Shown: positions 25,901 through 33,867 of the stretch, piece by piece | How the letters are laid out: every line of letters begins with the position of its first letter | Numbering within the stretch: the first letter of the stretch is position 1 | Source: Planctomycetota bacterium | GTDB lineage: Bacteria; Planctomycetota; Planctomycetia; Pirellulales; Pirellulaceae | NCBI GenBank assembly: GCA_014381825.1 | Contig: JACNKX010000113.1 | Location: 6,159-70,158, forward strand | Direction: 5' to 3' | DNA: 64,000 nt | Notes under the pieces: generated by a model | The model's database searches: none | Seen by the model: the letters and a program-made list of their open reading frames with translations, nothing else | What the model was told of the DNA's origin: nothing | Position numbers and translations under genes: made by a program

Positions 25901-26852
25901 GCTTAAAGCCCATTCCGTTTGGGAAGACGGCACGGTCGACACGATCAACGTCGAGACGCTGCAACCGTGGCAGTGGATTCACCATCACGAAGCCCACATC
26001 GGTGCATTCGCCCCGCTTCCCATTGATGCCCTCGAAATGGGCTTACCCGAAGATCTAACCGGCAAGGTACTCGACATCTTGCCATGTCCGCCGTTGCGAG
26101 CTGGTCCCGGTCGAGTCGTTCTGACAACCGTTAATCACCTGAACAAAGACGTCGTCGAACTAACACTGCGCAATGCGGATGGCGAGACTGAGACACTTCG
26201 TCCAACCGGGACTCACAAGTTCTACAGCGTCACGCACGGCGAGTGGCTCTCCGCGTCGCAGCTTACCAAGGGCGAACACTTAGACGGCATCAACGGCAAA
26301 GTCACGGTCGTCGATCTCCAGCATCTCCCCGGCACCCACCGCGTCTACAACATGTCGGTGCAAGGCGAGCATTTGTATCGCGTCGCCGAATGCGGAGTGT
26401 TGGTGCATAACGAAGGCTGCAGTGACATCGTTTCAGAGAATGGCATCTCCGGTAGCGGAAGGAAGATTGATGTTGCAGCGTCAAAGGGGAAACTTGGTCC
26501 AAGAGGTGGGAGGCATGGTGACATGCCGTCGCCAAGACCGGTTGACGCACAGTCTCACCACCTGATTGCCAACAGAGCAACAAGAGTATCGCGTTCAGAT
26601 GGCGCGGCAGTGTTAATGAGAAAGAAGGACCACGCTCTCACCAGTAGTTACAAGAATGCCAGGGCAGTCGCGCACGAACGCAAAATGCTGGCAGAGGGGC
26701 GTGCCGCTGAGTTATTTGAGCAGAATATCGACGAGATCATGGAAATTGCGAAAAGGCAAACTGATATCCCAAATGACTACTACGATGATGCGATTTTGGA
26801 GGCCTGGGAATACTTTCTAAAACACGGCCCAGAAAAGTATGGAGCCAATTGA
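19950..26852 (+). CDS. Giant secreted polymorphic-toxin-like protein
   Basis: 2300-aa ORF. The N-terminus carries 'LRLELLESRQLLAV', resembling the planctomycete extracellular N-terminal motif. The centre is D/S/T/G/Y-rich and repetitive. Hint motifs are 'CFVAGTP' (nt 25116) and 'HRVYNMSVQGEHLYRV..GVLVHN' (ending nt 26411). The 146-aa tail contains 'QSHHLIANR'. Confidence 0.85.
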   Translation: MADLSILARRCAKRSRRRQNTRRRKFGNAIGLRLELLESRQLLAVLGDPIVDSDPTSDDSITLLQSPIEADEGGTAAESDYEGADYSYSTDMATESGIVAETLSYQDDVPAGLEGSAAEDAAAYFDTLREYYDEATVTFGVDDDTDWSEVALALDEQATDIEMPDDDSFIVFNSLATIDDSSLGTDLNALGDSSWAFGDDPLSTIATTDAVDVGSIANWEIVDALPDSLDASSLPETPDDIYVSILDGPTESNAENEEQQNTSAGVSEPLGASLVSGVFASPQYGATGGTRVSVSDTTFGILAGIQDRWDAARNGDASQDNDESDSPLAADSENSVEPQTEPNGTLESSGESNLVSPVVPGEVAPSEVATGESAGDPAEGEGPPVVTNTTGEFAIDAQNLSLPKLPDFSATDPHLPGLAHSGDLTTFQPPSGNIPRTTNTSNNTTTTSFTDDLGGNCTATIDRTTTVTQEASELPAWYLEILRTEYLVVTDCAYPDGTARTTDQSGSSFYQLQISGEWPHIDSIYLEDNTRDAFVDTVTQRWSGTGASGTGASGTGASGAVNSGATVTRRDGWIEKTSQYDRDFTLAADGVTKLESFSKSKEIRLDEVSTVDSNANYDRSDPTPGVVNFDKGYAFVSTRDHVYFSTGEAEGRAFDGTMTYISQPMRMLADGTGHSGVFLNGAEYTGETIPNGTTWNEYNYSIVNSDDYGYDRGIEGKRANDGSGWKDVPSKSWSYQSNSTKTEFKVWIDAGSKEDIAGPPADIHHEDIVHYEVWSKDESSLDTNRDVLYDASGGETVRGSGGASGNSSGGSEVRYEGKFTYDAVEGSLATGGDGADDHQWADYKVHDINTYSSYYGVGTTTTTNGATGEVETAGGGSGGSSMNGDSGARFTGGATYDFVDTTGSSTEVANTFVSYATNSFDKYSRDDTYTITLQADGEVATTTHPPLAKTWGGSKSELDAWGKYAFDDVVGKLPLGDGETTHDHSGYFVNVDDEYNYEFRFDTPGTLASLGVISNTYSHIDGKGASNFKAWGTYDYDYRKDTKEVHDFIGIDVSDDASYEYDFTYGAQVKDDGALSVGGGGYDNSKEDGESKFYGYGSYDDSLETGSFASGGDGSRFAENHGYEFEFTDEYLYESKTSAQAKTTGVAIDERGGYLNSITEKSESSYKVWGSVEEETKQDKDNTYARIDYESWGKSEYKANDFEIGTPIAHDFLQIEGKGTVFSVSEGGTKIDGHGHADYYTDHGSYSAGDGWEATSKNTWLVDVDDKYYFTTSLNNDRNNFQFSGPYSRTTGNDFGNVQYDAKYVSLTDSTYDEKRDAAAYESHSTTTREVKANDEYRHFFDFNHSMYADTNNFTKGTSMPVGKAYERASSQGHDKSFTISDGKEYWTTNWSSGNSFDNYTHDSTWNSYNDTGSSYDSEFEVETTKAPLSGWRTSKSHDKGQSWAIGESKYETKDDHIYSYYDPYYSSGGEEKLHSTDESKYQYDSKYENKSETQADGTVTNSKDSSTSDSSEQTYSWNNTYTNWYTDPLMGVTTMSWVDADSNTYSYVFSDASSSSETIPGSGTSGDSKEADLKDPWLGLFQAGLGSPGSSSGRWWSPWRWMWTGDGHASDEMMNVSLVAAGNSVKDNQARSALKVMATVDPTPLSGCVEATLSGVENGDSVTRIAANCAIEAVPIPGFAEAKKAAKAGKNLVKEGAQKATKYSDEIVTKLRKGKSTAKINCFVAGTPTHVVQEGQSHAVGNVVMAISFGVFVTSEYVDRKRRKKHGPWSPQDLDDCGIGSAMDELERDDSFNGMSSDEHDLFRDTVDVLFGESYEQEALETSIATLVRPSRCRSTAPYDGSPNPSIQSRLAVSTVSEGYRTFASRPTTRSDSKPSDDITWTRTLGIMALCAGLLFGLFSIVPSGRGPAVTTKPIEQVRVGQRVLVDAPEEALAADFARLTSTALFWDQGDGSWKLEADADPLREIQQATSQQITKADYRLVKLKAHSVWEDGTVDTINVETLQPWQWIHHHEAHIGAFAPLPIDALEMGLPEDLTGKVLDILPCPPLRAGPGRVVLTTVNHLNKDVVELTLRNADGETETLRPTGTHKFYSVTHGEWLSASQLTKGEHLDGINGKVTVVDLQHLPGTHRVYNMSVQGEHLYRVAECGVLVHNEGCSDIVSENGISGSGRKIDVAASKGKLGPRGGRHGDMPSPRPVDAQSHHLIANRATRVSRSDGAAVLMRKKDHALTSSYKNARAVAHERKMLAEGRAAELFEQNIDEIMEIAKRQTDIPNDYYDDAILEAWEYFLKHGPEKYGAN
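21579..21623 (+). repeat. 3 x 15-bp in-frame tandem repeat (GTGAS)x3 inside the giant gene
   Basis: ggcacgggcgcgagc / ggcacgggcgcgagt / ggcacgggcgcgagt. Confidence 0.9.
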
Positions 26853-26853
26853 T

Positions 26854-27435
26854 ATGCCTCGCTTAGACGTTCGGCGGTTGCAGCGAAGTTATCCCGACGG
26901 GCAACTTCCGTGGGCGATTAAAAAGCTCTGTGAATATCAAGAGAACTATCAGCATTACGAGTATGCCGGAGAATTCATCCTCGATGAAGGTGCCGTGGAT
27001 TTTTTGGACGATCTTCCCCACAAAGATGCGTTTGCAGGATTTGGAACTGACGCGACAGGTTCAGTGTTTGCTCATTGGTCCGGTAGCATAGAGTCATTGA
27101 CAGCTCAATCGATCGAGCGGTGTCCCATCGTATACTTGGACTCTGAAGCCGTGTTTAGTTCCGTGATTGCCAGTGACTTTGGCGATTTCATCGAGTTGCT
27201 GCTCTTGGCGACTGACGATCTCGGAAATCTAGCGGCCGAGGACGAGGAACTGCGCGCCGAAGAAAGCACCGACCAAGTCACGCACTTTAGGCAATGGGTA
27301 CTCGACACATTTGGCATTTCAGTGCCCACGGAGCCCCGTAATATAGTCCGGAAGGCAAAGTCAGTTCACCAGCACGCATTTATTGACTGGTATCGATTGT
27401 GGCAAGGTGAGAATCCTTGGACTCCTATGGTTTGA
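26854..27435 (+). CDS. Putative cognate immunity protein (SMI1/KNR4, SUKH-like)
   Basis: The ORF starts 1 nt after the toxin stop (TGAtATG), or overlaps it by 14 nt from the ATG at 26839. It is acidic and ~193 aa long. '...GFGTDATGSVFAHW...PIVYLDSE...IASDFGDFIELL' matches the SUKH pattern from memory. Confidence 0.6.
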   Translation: MPRLDVRRLQRSYPDGQLPWAIKKLCEYQENYQHYEYAGEFILDEGAVDFLDDLPHKDAFAGFGTDATGSVFAHWSGSIESLTAQSIERCPIVYLDSEAVFSSVIASDFGDFIELLLLATDDLGNLAAEDEELRAEESTDQVTHFRQWVLDTFGISVPTEPRNIVRKAKSVHQHAFIDWYRLWQGENPWTPMV

Positions 27436-27715
27436 TGCGAGCCGCGCGGGATGCGTGAAAGGGGGGATAAGATCGAATGGCATTATGGATTTCGATAAGG
27501 TGCATGCAAAAGTGAAATGCAACAACTGCATGTCCGTTCATTCAAATCGACGACGTTTCTAAAAAACGCAATTCATTTTCCAGTTTCATTGGTGTTGATT
27601 AGGTCCGATTGGTTGTGCAATAAAACGTAAGATGCCGGCGACGACGGGTGAGAACGATTTCACGGCGGCTCAAGAGGTAGTGGCAGAACTCGAATAAACG
27701 AAGGAGATTAAAACA

Positions 27716-28024
27716 ATGACAGACAATTTAGCTAACCAGAACGATGAAGGCGAAACGGCTGGCGTCGGCGGCAAAGAGGCCTACAACATAGTGAGCGATA
27801 CGGTAACAGGAGCGAATGTCCGCTGGAAAGACAACCTGTTTCAGGCGCTGTCGATCTTGGTCTGTATCCTCTTGGGAGCTGGGATCGGAGCTTTGTCGAT
27901 CGAAGAACGGATTGGCGGAGCGTTAGTTGGTGGATTCGCTGGGATGATCATTGGGGTACTCGGCAGCGGCACTTTCCTGATGGTGTTTCGAGCCATTATG
28001 CACATGCGCGGACGCCATCGTTAA
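27716..28024 (+). CDS. Small two-TM membrane protein, hypothetical
   Basis: AAGGAG lies 8 nt upstream of the ATG. Two hydrophobic helices are rich in small-xxx-small glycine motifs, and the tail is basic. Confidence 0.6.
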   Translation: MTDNLANQNDEGETAGVGGKEAYNIVSDTVTGANVRWKDNLFQALSILVCILLGAGIGALSIEERIGGALVGGFAGMIIGVLGSGTFLMVFRAIMHMRGRHR

Positions 28025-28206
28025 CAAACCTGACGTTAGCGGCTCTCGTGAGTATCGCTGACGAATTGTCGGGCAGATCAATCGTGGCAGCTGTCGCGTT
28101 TGTGCCCGAACGAGCCTGAGATGGTGGGTAATACGGATTCGGTAGGGCATCGCCTTGGGCAGTTGCCGCACCGTCGGACTTTCTGAGATCTTAACGAGGC
28201 AGACGA

Positions 28207-29916
28207 ATGGCGAACTCAACTACTGATGAACGAACTTCCTACGACGAAGTCCCCTACGACAGCTTTCCATTTCCGCAGTCGCATCCCAATCGACTGGCAA
28301 CGATCGCAACGTTGCTCGGCATGAGTCCGACTCCCTTGGCGGCCTGCCGGGTGTTGGAACTCGGTTGCGCTTCGGGTGGGAATCTGATTCCGATGGCCAC
28401 GGCCATGCCGCAAGCACACTTCACGGGAATCGATGCTTCGAGCCGACAGATCGAACAGGGCATACAAACCGTCACGGAACTCGGGCTTCAGAATATTGAT
28501 TTGCTTCATCTCGATATTCTGAACTTCGAGCAGCGCGTTCCGAGATCACGGGGCGGTGCAACAAACGATCTCACCACCGAGTTCGATTACATCATCTGTC
28601 ATGGAGTTTATTCGTGGGTGCCAGATTCCGTTCAGGAGAAGATTCTTGAGATCTGCGCCGAATACCTAAGTCCGCAAGGCGTCGCTTACATCAGTTACAA
28701 CACGAATCCAGGCTGGCGGATGCGTGGCATGATTCGAGACTTGATGTCGTACCGCGCGGACTTCTTCGAGACGCCCGATGCGAAGACCCAAGAGGCGCGA
28801 GCCTTGCTGGACTTTCTCGCGGCCGCAGTTCCCACTGAACAGAATCCTTACGGCTTGCTCTTGAACAACGAATTGGAAATGCTCCGCACCAAGGCCGATC
28901 ACTATCTGTTCCACGAGCACCTCGAAGAACACAACGAGCCGCTCTACTTTCATCAGTTTATGGAGCGAGCCGCAGGGAAGCAGTTACAGTATCTTGGCGA
29001 AGCCGAATTCAGCATGATGGCCGCCAGCAACTTCCCTCCCAAGGTGGAAGCCATGGTGCGACGATTGGCGAGTAGCAGGATGAACGACTCCGCGACAACC
29101 GAACGTTCAGGCAAGCCTCGCGTCTCGCGGGACCAATCGCAATGCGAAGAGCTAGACACTATTCAACTCGAACAGTACATGGACTTCGTGCGAAATCGAA
29201 TGTTTCGCCAGACATTGCTATGTCGCAGTGATGTCCAGGTTCACCGGGCAACGGCACCCGAGCGATTGCTCGGCATGCATGTTGCTTCTTCGGCCGAACC
29301 AGTGCAGCCGATCCAAGATCTTAACACGCGAGAGTCTGCCGTCTTCCGACGCCCCGGTTCCTCGCTCGCCACGGCTGATCCACTCGTCAAGGCGGCGATG
29401 ATTTCGTTGCGAGAAGCCTGGCCGGCATCAGTGCTCTTTGAAGACCTAGTCACGCAAGCGATCGAGAAACTCTGTCCGGGCCCTCTGCTTGTCGACACAG
29501 ATCAATTTCATCGTGACGCCATGCGAATGGCTCAACCGCTGCTGAACTGCTACGCAACGGGACACATCGACGTCTACGTTGAACCTCTTTCTTTTGCGTT
29601 GAGCATTGCCGAGTACCCAGTGGCGAGCGCGCTTGCCAGACTCCAGGCGGGGCAAGTCGACTCGGTGACCACTCTGTCCCACAACATGACACGACTGAAC
29701 GATTTGGAACGCAGGTTACTCCCGCTGTTGGATGGTCAACACAATCGAGCCGCCCTCGTTGATGCACTTCGAGAAGACGTTGTGTCGGGAAAGCTCGTCC
29801 TGCGAGACAAAGGCGGACCCGTGAAGAGCGACGATCGTGTCTCCGAGATCCTCGAAGACATGATCGACAAACAACTCGCCGCAATCGCAAAGCGAGGTCT
29901 GCTTGTTGCCAACTAG
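28207..29916 (+). CDS. Class I SAM-dependent methyltransferase with C-terminal methyltransferase-regulatory domain
   Basis: 'SYDEVPYDSFPFPQSHP' N-terminus and the 'VLELGCASGGNL' SAM motif I are present. The ~570-aa architecture matches PF10119-type proteins. Confidence 0.75.
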   Translation: MANSTTDERTSYDEVPYDSFPFPQSHPNRLATIATLLGMSPTPLAACRVLELGCASGGNLIPMATAMPQAHFTGIDASSRQIEQGIQTVTELGLQNIDLLHLDILNFEQRVPRSRGGATNDLTTEFDYIICHGVYSWVPDSVQEKILEICAEYLSPQGVAYISYNTNPGWRMRGMIRDLMSYRADFFETPDAKTQEARALLDFLAAAVPTEQNPYGLLLNNELEMLRTKADHYLFHEHLEEHNEPLYFHQFMERAAGKQLQYLGEAEFSMMAASNFPPKVEAMVRRLASSRMNDSATTERSGKPRVSRDQSQCEELDTIQLEQYMDFVRNRMFRQTLLCRSDVQVHRATAPERLLGMHVASSAEPVQPIQDLNTRESAVFRRPGSSLATADPLVKAAMISLREAWPASVLFEDLVTQAIEKLCPGPLLVDTDQFHRDAMRMAQPLLNCYATGHIDVYVEPLSFALSIAEYPVASALARLQAGQVDSVTTLSHNMTRLNDLERRLLPLLDGQHNRAALVDALREDVVSGKLVLRDKGGPVKSDDRVSEILEDMIDKQLAAIAKRGLLVAN

Positions 29917-29935
29917 CGACTCCAGCCGCGAACGA

Positions 29936-31432
29936 CTACTCGTACTTCCATTTGATCGACCACGGATCGTTCGTGCGATCTTGGAAGGCCTTCAACTCCT
30001 TGATCATTTCGGCAAGCAATTCTTTGTGTTGCGAATCGGCGGCGAGATTGTGGCCTTCATGCGGATCGGCCTTTAGGTCGAATAGCTCGAACTTGGGACG
30101 GTGCATGTACGAGTCGACAGTCTTTGCACCGTAAGGAGCATCTGGGCCGATCTTGTATTGGGCTTGCCACGTCGGCGCGGCCCAAAGGTCAGATGCAAAG
30201 GGAAACGAGAGCGGATGAGCGATGTTCCAAATCAGTTTATACTGCCGCTGTCGAACGACTCGCATCGGGTAGTACATCTGAATCTCGTGGAAGGTATGAG
30301 AGGCGTAAACGGTGTCCCAACCTTCGGAATGTTGTTGCTCGAGCGTTGAGAGGATCGAACGACCGTGAAACGTGCCGCGTTTCGTCTTAGGCGTCTGCTG
30401 TGTGCCTCGTTCCGGCTGATCAAGCATCGCAAGAATCGACCGCTTCACAGTTCCGCTCTGTTCGTTCAAGATGCCGGCAAAATCCAGGATCGTCGGCGTG
30501 ATGTCAGTCCAACTGACCATCGCGTTGCTCACGACACCTCGTTTCTTGTTATCAGGATTCCTGACAAGGCATGGCGAGCGCATGCCGCCTTCGTAGACGG
30601 TCGTCTTGGCACCGGGCATCGCGATGCCGTGGTCCGAGATGTAGATGAACAGCGTGTCGTCCCATTTGCCTGCATCGTTCAAGATCTCGATCAAGCGGCC
30701 GAGCCCCTGATCGATTCGCGAGACGGATTGATAGTACTGGGCGATCTCGGCACGACAGGTTGGCGTGTCCGGCAAGAATCCGGGAACGAGGACCTCGGCG
30801 GGATCGTAGATTACTTCTTCGATGCCAGGATATCCCTTCGAATCTGGCTTGGGATTACCAAAGCGATTCGGCTGATGCGGAAGCTCCGTGGCTTCCCCGC
30901 CGCCGCGATGCGGATCAGACGTGCAAAAGTACAGAAAGAACGGCTGATCGCTGTCTGCTGCGATCAATCTTTTGCAGTTGTTCGCCATCTCGACCGGGCT
31001 GCGCGAATTGCCTTTGATGAACTCGTCGAAGGCGTAGACCGATTCCGGCGCGACATGGTACTTGCCGCAACTGGCCGTTCGATAGCCGGCTTTGCTCAAG
31101 TAAACCGGCAGACCAACGATGTTCGTATACGCATTAAACTTGTGGTACGAATGCTGATGGCCATAGTGTCCGTTGGCGTGATTGTGCAGACCGCTAAGGA
31201 TTACAGAACGACTGGCCGAGCAACTGGCTGTCGTACAGAAGGCGTGCGTAAAGCGTGTACCGTCTTTCGCCAATGCATCCATGTTGGGAGTCTGGATGAC
31301 AGAGTTCCCGTAGCACCCCATGTCTTGGCTTTGATCATCGGTCACAAAGAGAACGACGTTGCGCGGGGCTGCATTGACGAGCGATTGAATAAGCCCAATC
31401 AACAGGGCGACGAGTAGCAGGCGACGGCGCAT
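29936..31432 (-). CDS. Sulfatase (N-sulfoglucosamine sulfohydrolase-like)
   Basis: A signal peptide, 'LFVTDDQSQDMGCYG' and a 'CSASRSVILSG' CxAxR motif are present. Confidence 0.85.
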   Translation of the reverse strand: MRRRLLLVALLIGLIQSLVNAAPRNVVLFVTDDQSQDMGCYGNSVIQTPNMDALAKDGTRFTHAFCTTASCSASRSVILSGLHNHANGHYGHQHSYHKFNAYTNIVGLPVYLSKAGYRTASCGKYHVAPESVYAFDEFIKGNSRSPVEMANNCKRLIAADSDQPFFLYFCTSDPHRGGGEATELPHQPNRFGNPKPDSKGYPGIEEVIYDPAEVLVPGFLPDTPTCRAEIAQYYQSVSRIDQGLGRLIEILNDAGKWDDTLFIYISDHGIAMPGAKTTVYEGGMRSPCLVRNPDNKKRGVVSNAMVSWTDITPTILDFAGILNEQSGTVKRSILAMLDQPERGTQQTPKTKRGTFHGRSILSTLEQQHSEGWDTVYASHTFHEIQMYYPMRVVRQRQYKLIWNIAHPLSFPFASDLWAAPTWQAQYKIGPDAPYGAKTVDSYMHRPKFELFDLKADPHEGHNLAADSQHKELLAEMIKELKAFQDRTNDPWSIKWKYE

Positions 31433-31545
31433 GTATTTGCTCCAGGAACTCAGTTGGGCTTCATTCGATATGCGAACGATGCAGAGTAACTGGAATCGTG
31501 TGACAAATCAACGAACGGGGATCGACAGTTCAAGTGTCAAACGAG

Positions 31546-32256
31546 CTAAGACGTCGTCCGGTAGCAGTGCAATTGAACTTGATCCCACGTGCCTGTTGGC
31601 AAATCGCAATCCCAATACAACCAATCGCATTTGGCCAATACGTTTGGCTCGTCGCGCGGCTGAAGATAGAAGATACTAATCTCGCGTCGTGCAGTCGCGA
31701 GCGAATCGCGTATCCTTTCGAGGACTGCGTCCATCACGTGCTCGCTGAATGGGTTGAACAGAAACAGCACGTTGACATCTTCGGGAACAATATAGTTCAT
31801 CGCATTTTCGGTCACGATTTCAACGTCGCGACACCGAAGATGCCGCTCGGCTCGGCGAAGGTTCGTTCGAGCGATGTCGGCAAGCGACGGTGCGAACTCG
31901 ATGCCGATCACTCGTCGAAACGAGTGCGTTGCCGCGACAACCACCGCGCGACCCTTGCCACATCCGTAGTCAAGGAACACATCGTGGATCGGATCGATCG
32001 AAAGATAACCGAATACTGAGTCGAGTGACGAGTAATTCACGACCTGATAGCAATGGCACGCCGGATCCGAACTTAGTTCTCGTCCCGGAACGTCCCCCTG
32101 TGTGTTGATTCCAAGCCGTCGTTCTCGAACTTCCTCGGCAATCCGCTCCCCATAGATCGCTACGGCTCGTCGGACGCCAATCGTGCGGAAGTTATCAACG
32201 ACTCGCAACGGCAGCCTTAGGGCTTTCAACACGAAACGAGACAGTTTTGGCATCAT
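31546..32256 (-). CDS. Class I SAM-dependent methyltransferase
   Basis: 'VFLDYGCGKGRAVVVAA' is SAM motif I. The ATG at 32256 is preferred to the GTG at 32280. Confidence 0.7.
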   Translation of the reverse strand: MMPKLSRFVLKALRLPLRVVDNFRTIGVRRAVAIYGERIAEEVRERRLGINTQGDVPGRELSSDPACHCYQVVNYSSLDSVFGYLSIDPIHDVFLDYGCGKGRAVVVAATHSFRRVIGIEFAPSLADIARTNLRRAERHLRCRDVEIVTENAMNYIVPEDVNVLFLFNPFSEHVMDAVLERIRDSLATARREISIFYLQPRDEPNVLAKCDWLYWDCDLPTGTWDQVQLHCYRTTS

Positions 32257-32414
32257 CAACCCTTCGCACGAATCGACCACGAGGAGTTCAACTCTAGAAT
32301 TTTGCGGAAACTCGTGCTGCGGCCACTCGGCAGCAGAGGCTAAAACCGACGAATTAGCGCCGTACTCACACGCGCAATCGTTTCAGTTGGCAGAATTGTT
32401 GCCTCGGTTCCCAG

Positions 32415-33215
32415 CTAGCGCTGGCCACCGCCTTCCGGAATCGGCCAATTCCAGCCAGCCGTATATCCGCCGTCGACGTAGAGTGTCTGACCGGTCATGA
32501 ATGAAGCTGCTGGCGAAGCCAGAAATATCGCGGTGCCTACCATATCTTCGGGAACACCAAGGCGTTGTTGCGGCGTATTTGTCTTGCCCCATTCTTGCAT
32601 CGTTTCGTCCGACCAAAGCTTCTGCGTGAGATCGGTCAGAATGAAACCTGGCGCGATCCCATTCACTCGCACACCGCTCGGCCCCCATTCCAAAGCAAGA
32701 CCGCGTGTCATGTGAGCGATGCCAGCTTTACTCATCGCGTACGGCAAGACGTCTTTCAGTGGCCGATCGGTGTTGAGCGATGCGATGTTGATTTGACACC
32801 CTGAGCCGCGTTCGACCATGTGTCGGCCAACGGCTTGTGAGAGCAAGAATGCTCCCTTCAGGTTGATGTCGAGAATGAAATCGTAATCGTCTTCGGAAAC
32901 ATCGAGCGCTGGTTTACGGCGATTAACTCCGGCTACGTTTACAAGCGTATCGATGTGTCCAAAGTCCTCGATGACCTGGGCGACGAGTTGTTCGATATCG
33001 TCGGGCTTTGCCACGTCGCAGACAACTGGCGTGACGCTTCCGCCACACGTGCCGATCTCTTCGACAGCGACAGCCAGCGACGACTCGTCGCGACCCGTGA
33101 TAACAACTTTTGAGTCGCGTTCGGCGAATCCCTTAGCGATTGCTCGCCCAATTCCGCGACTGCCGCCCGACACGATGACAACTTGATCGCTGACGGAGAA
33201 AAGAGTGTCATTCAT
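32415..33215 (-). CDS. SDR family oxidoreductase (KduD/gluconate-5-dehydrogenase-like)
   Basis: 'VSGGSRGIG' cofactor motif, 'NVAG' and 'YAMSKAG' catalytic YxxxK are present. The ATG at 33215 is preferred to the TTG at 33236. Confidence 0.85.
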   Translation of the reverse strand: MNDTLFSVSDQVVIVSGGSRGIGRAIAKGFAERDSKVVITGRDESSLAVAVEEIGTCGGSVTPVVCDVAKPDDIEQLVAQVIEDFGHIDTLVNVAGVNRRKPALDVSEDDYDFILDINLKGAFLLSQAVGRHMVERGSGCQINIASLNTDRPLKDVLPYAMSKAGIAHMTRGLALEWGPSGVRVNGIAPGFILTDLTQKLWSDETMQEWGKTNTPQQRLGVPEDMVGTAIFLASPAASFMTGQTLYVDGGYTAGWNWPIPEGGGQR

Positions 33216-33388
33216 AACAATATCGGACCAGGACAACGGAAGCGAACAGCGACGTGGGTAGCATTCTGCGGCTCGGCGAGTGCTTCGTCAACCTGCGCGA
33301 GCGACGGCGAGTGACGGCAACCCCAATCGGCACACGAAATGCAACGAAAACAGCTGGTGATGAGATTTCAACTCGAAGGAGTGCAACG

Positions 33389-33601
33389 ATGGCAAGTCCC
33401 ATGTTTCCTGTGCCTTCGGGCACCGAAGATAAAGGTGCGACGGATGTGAAATGGTTCGCAGGGCTGGCGATGCAAGCCATCATCAGCAAACAAGGGCTCC
33501 CGGAATCAGAATCTGCGCGTGACGAATTTGCTCTTTGGGCGTACCGAATGGCTCAAGCGATGGTCCGCGCCGAGCAAGCGCTTCATGCTTCCGAAGACTG
33601 A
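33389..33601 (+). CDS. Small hypothetical protein (70 aa)
   Basis: AAGGAG lies 7 nt upstream of the ATG at 33389. I recognise no family. Confidence 0.4.
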   Translation: MASPMFPVPSGTEDKGATDVKWFAGLAMQAIISKQGLPESESARDEFALWAYRMAQAMVRAEQALHASED

Positions 33602-33867
33602 GCATTCGGCTACGAAGAAGGCTGACCGCACTGTGTGCGTGACGCTTGCCGACCGTCGCCTCGTGCGTATCCGCTCAATTATGTCCTCCAGTCTTCAGAC
33701 TTTGGCGCGTTGAGCATGTCGCTGGCACTTCATCCGTACTCCCTCGTCGGCAATTCCCCCGCCACGTTTCACACCGTCGGTGCTGGCCGAATGAACACGA
33801 TTCGATAGACTGCGAGCTGGCTGGTATTCGTTCCACCTCAGAAGTCCAAGCTCATAGAAAGACGCAC

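Noticed and set aside
20131-26583. Many 60-200-aa ORFs in other frames or on the opposite strand within the giant toxin gene, and similar shadows in Hsp70, sulfatase, CheA and kinase genes.
   Set aside because: They are nested inside long ORFs with clear domain content, and no independent motifs or RBS were seen.
30365-31417. A 350-aa ORF on the plus strand.
   Set aside because: It is entirely antisense to a well-supported sulfatase gene. Its Arg/Asp/Gly-rich composition is typical of antisense frames in GC-rich DNA.
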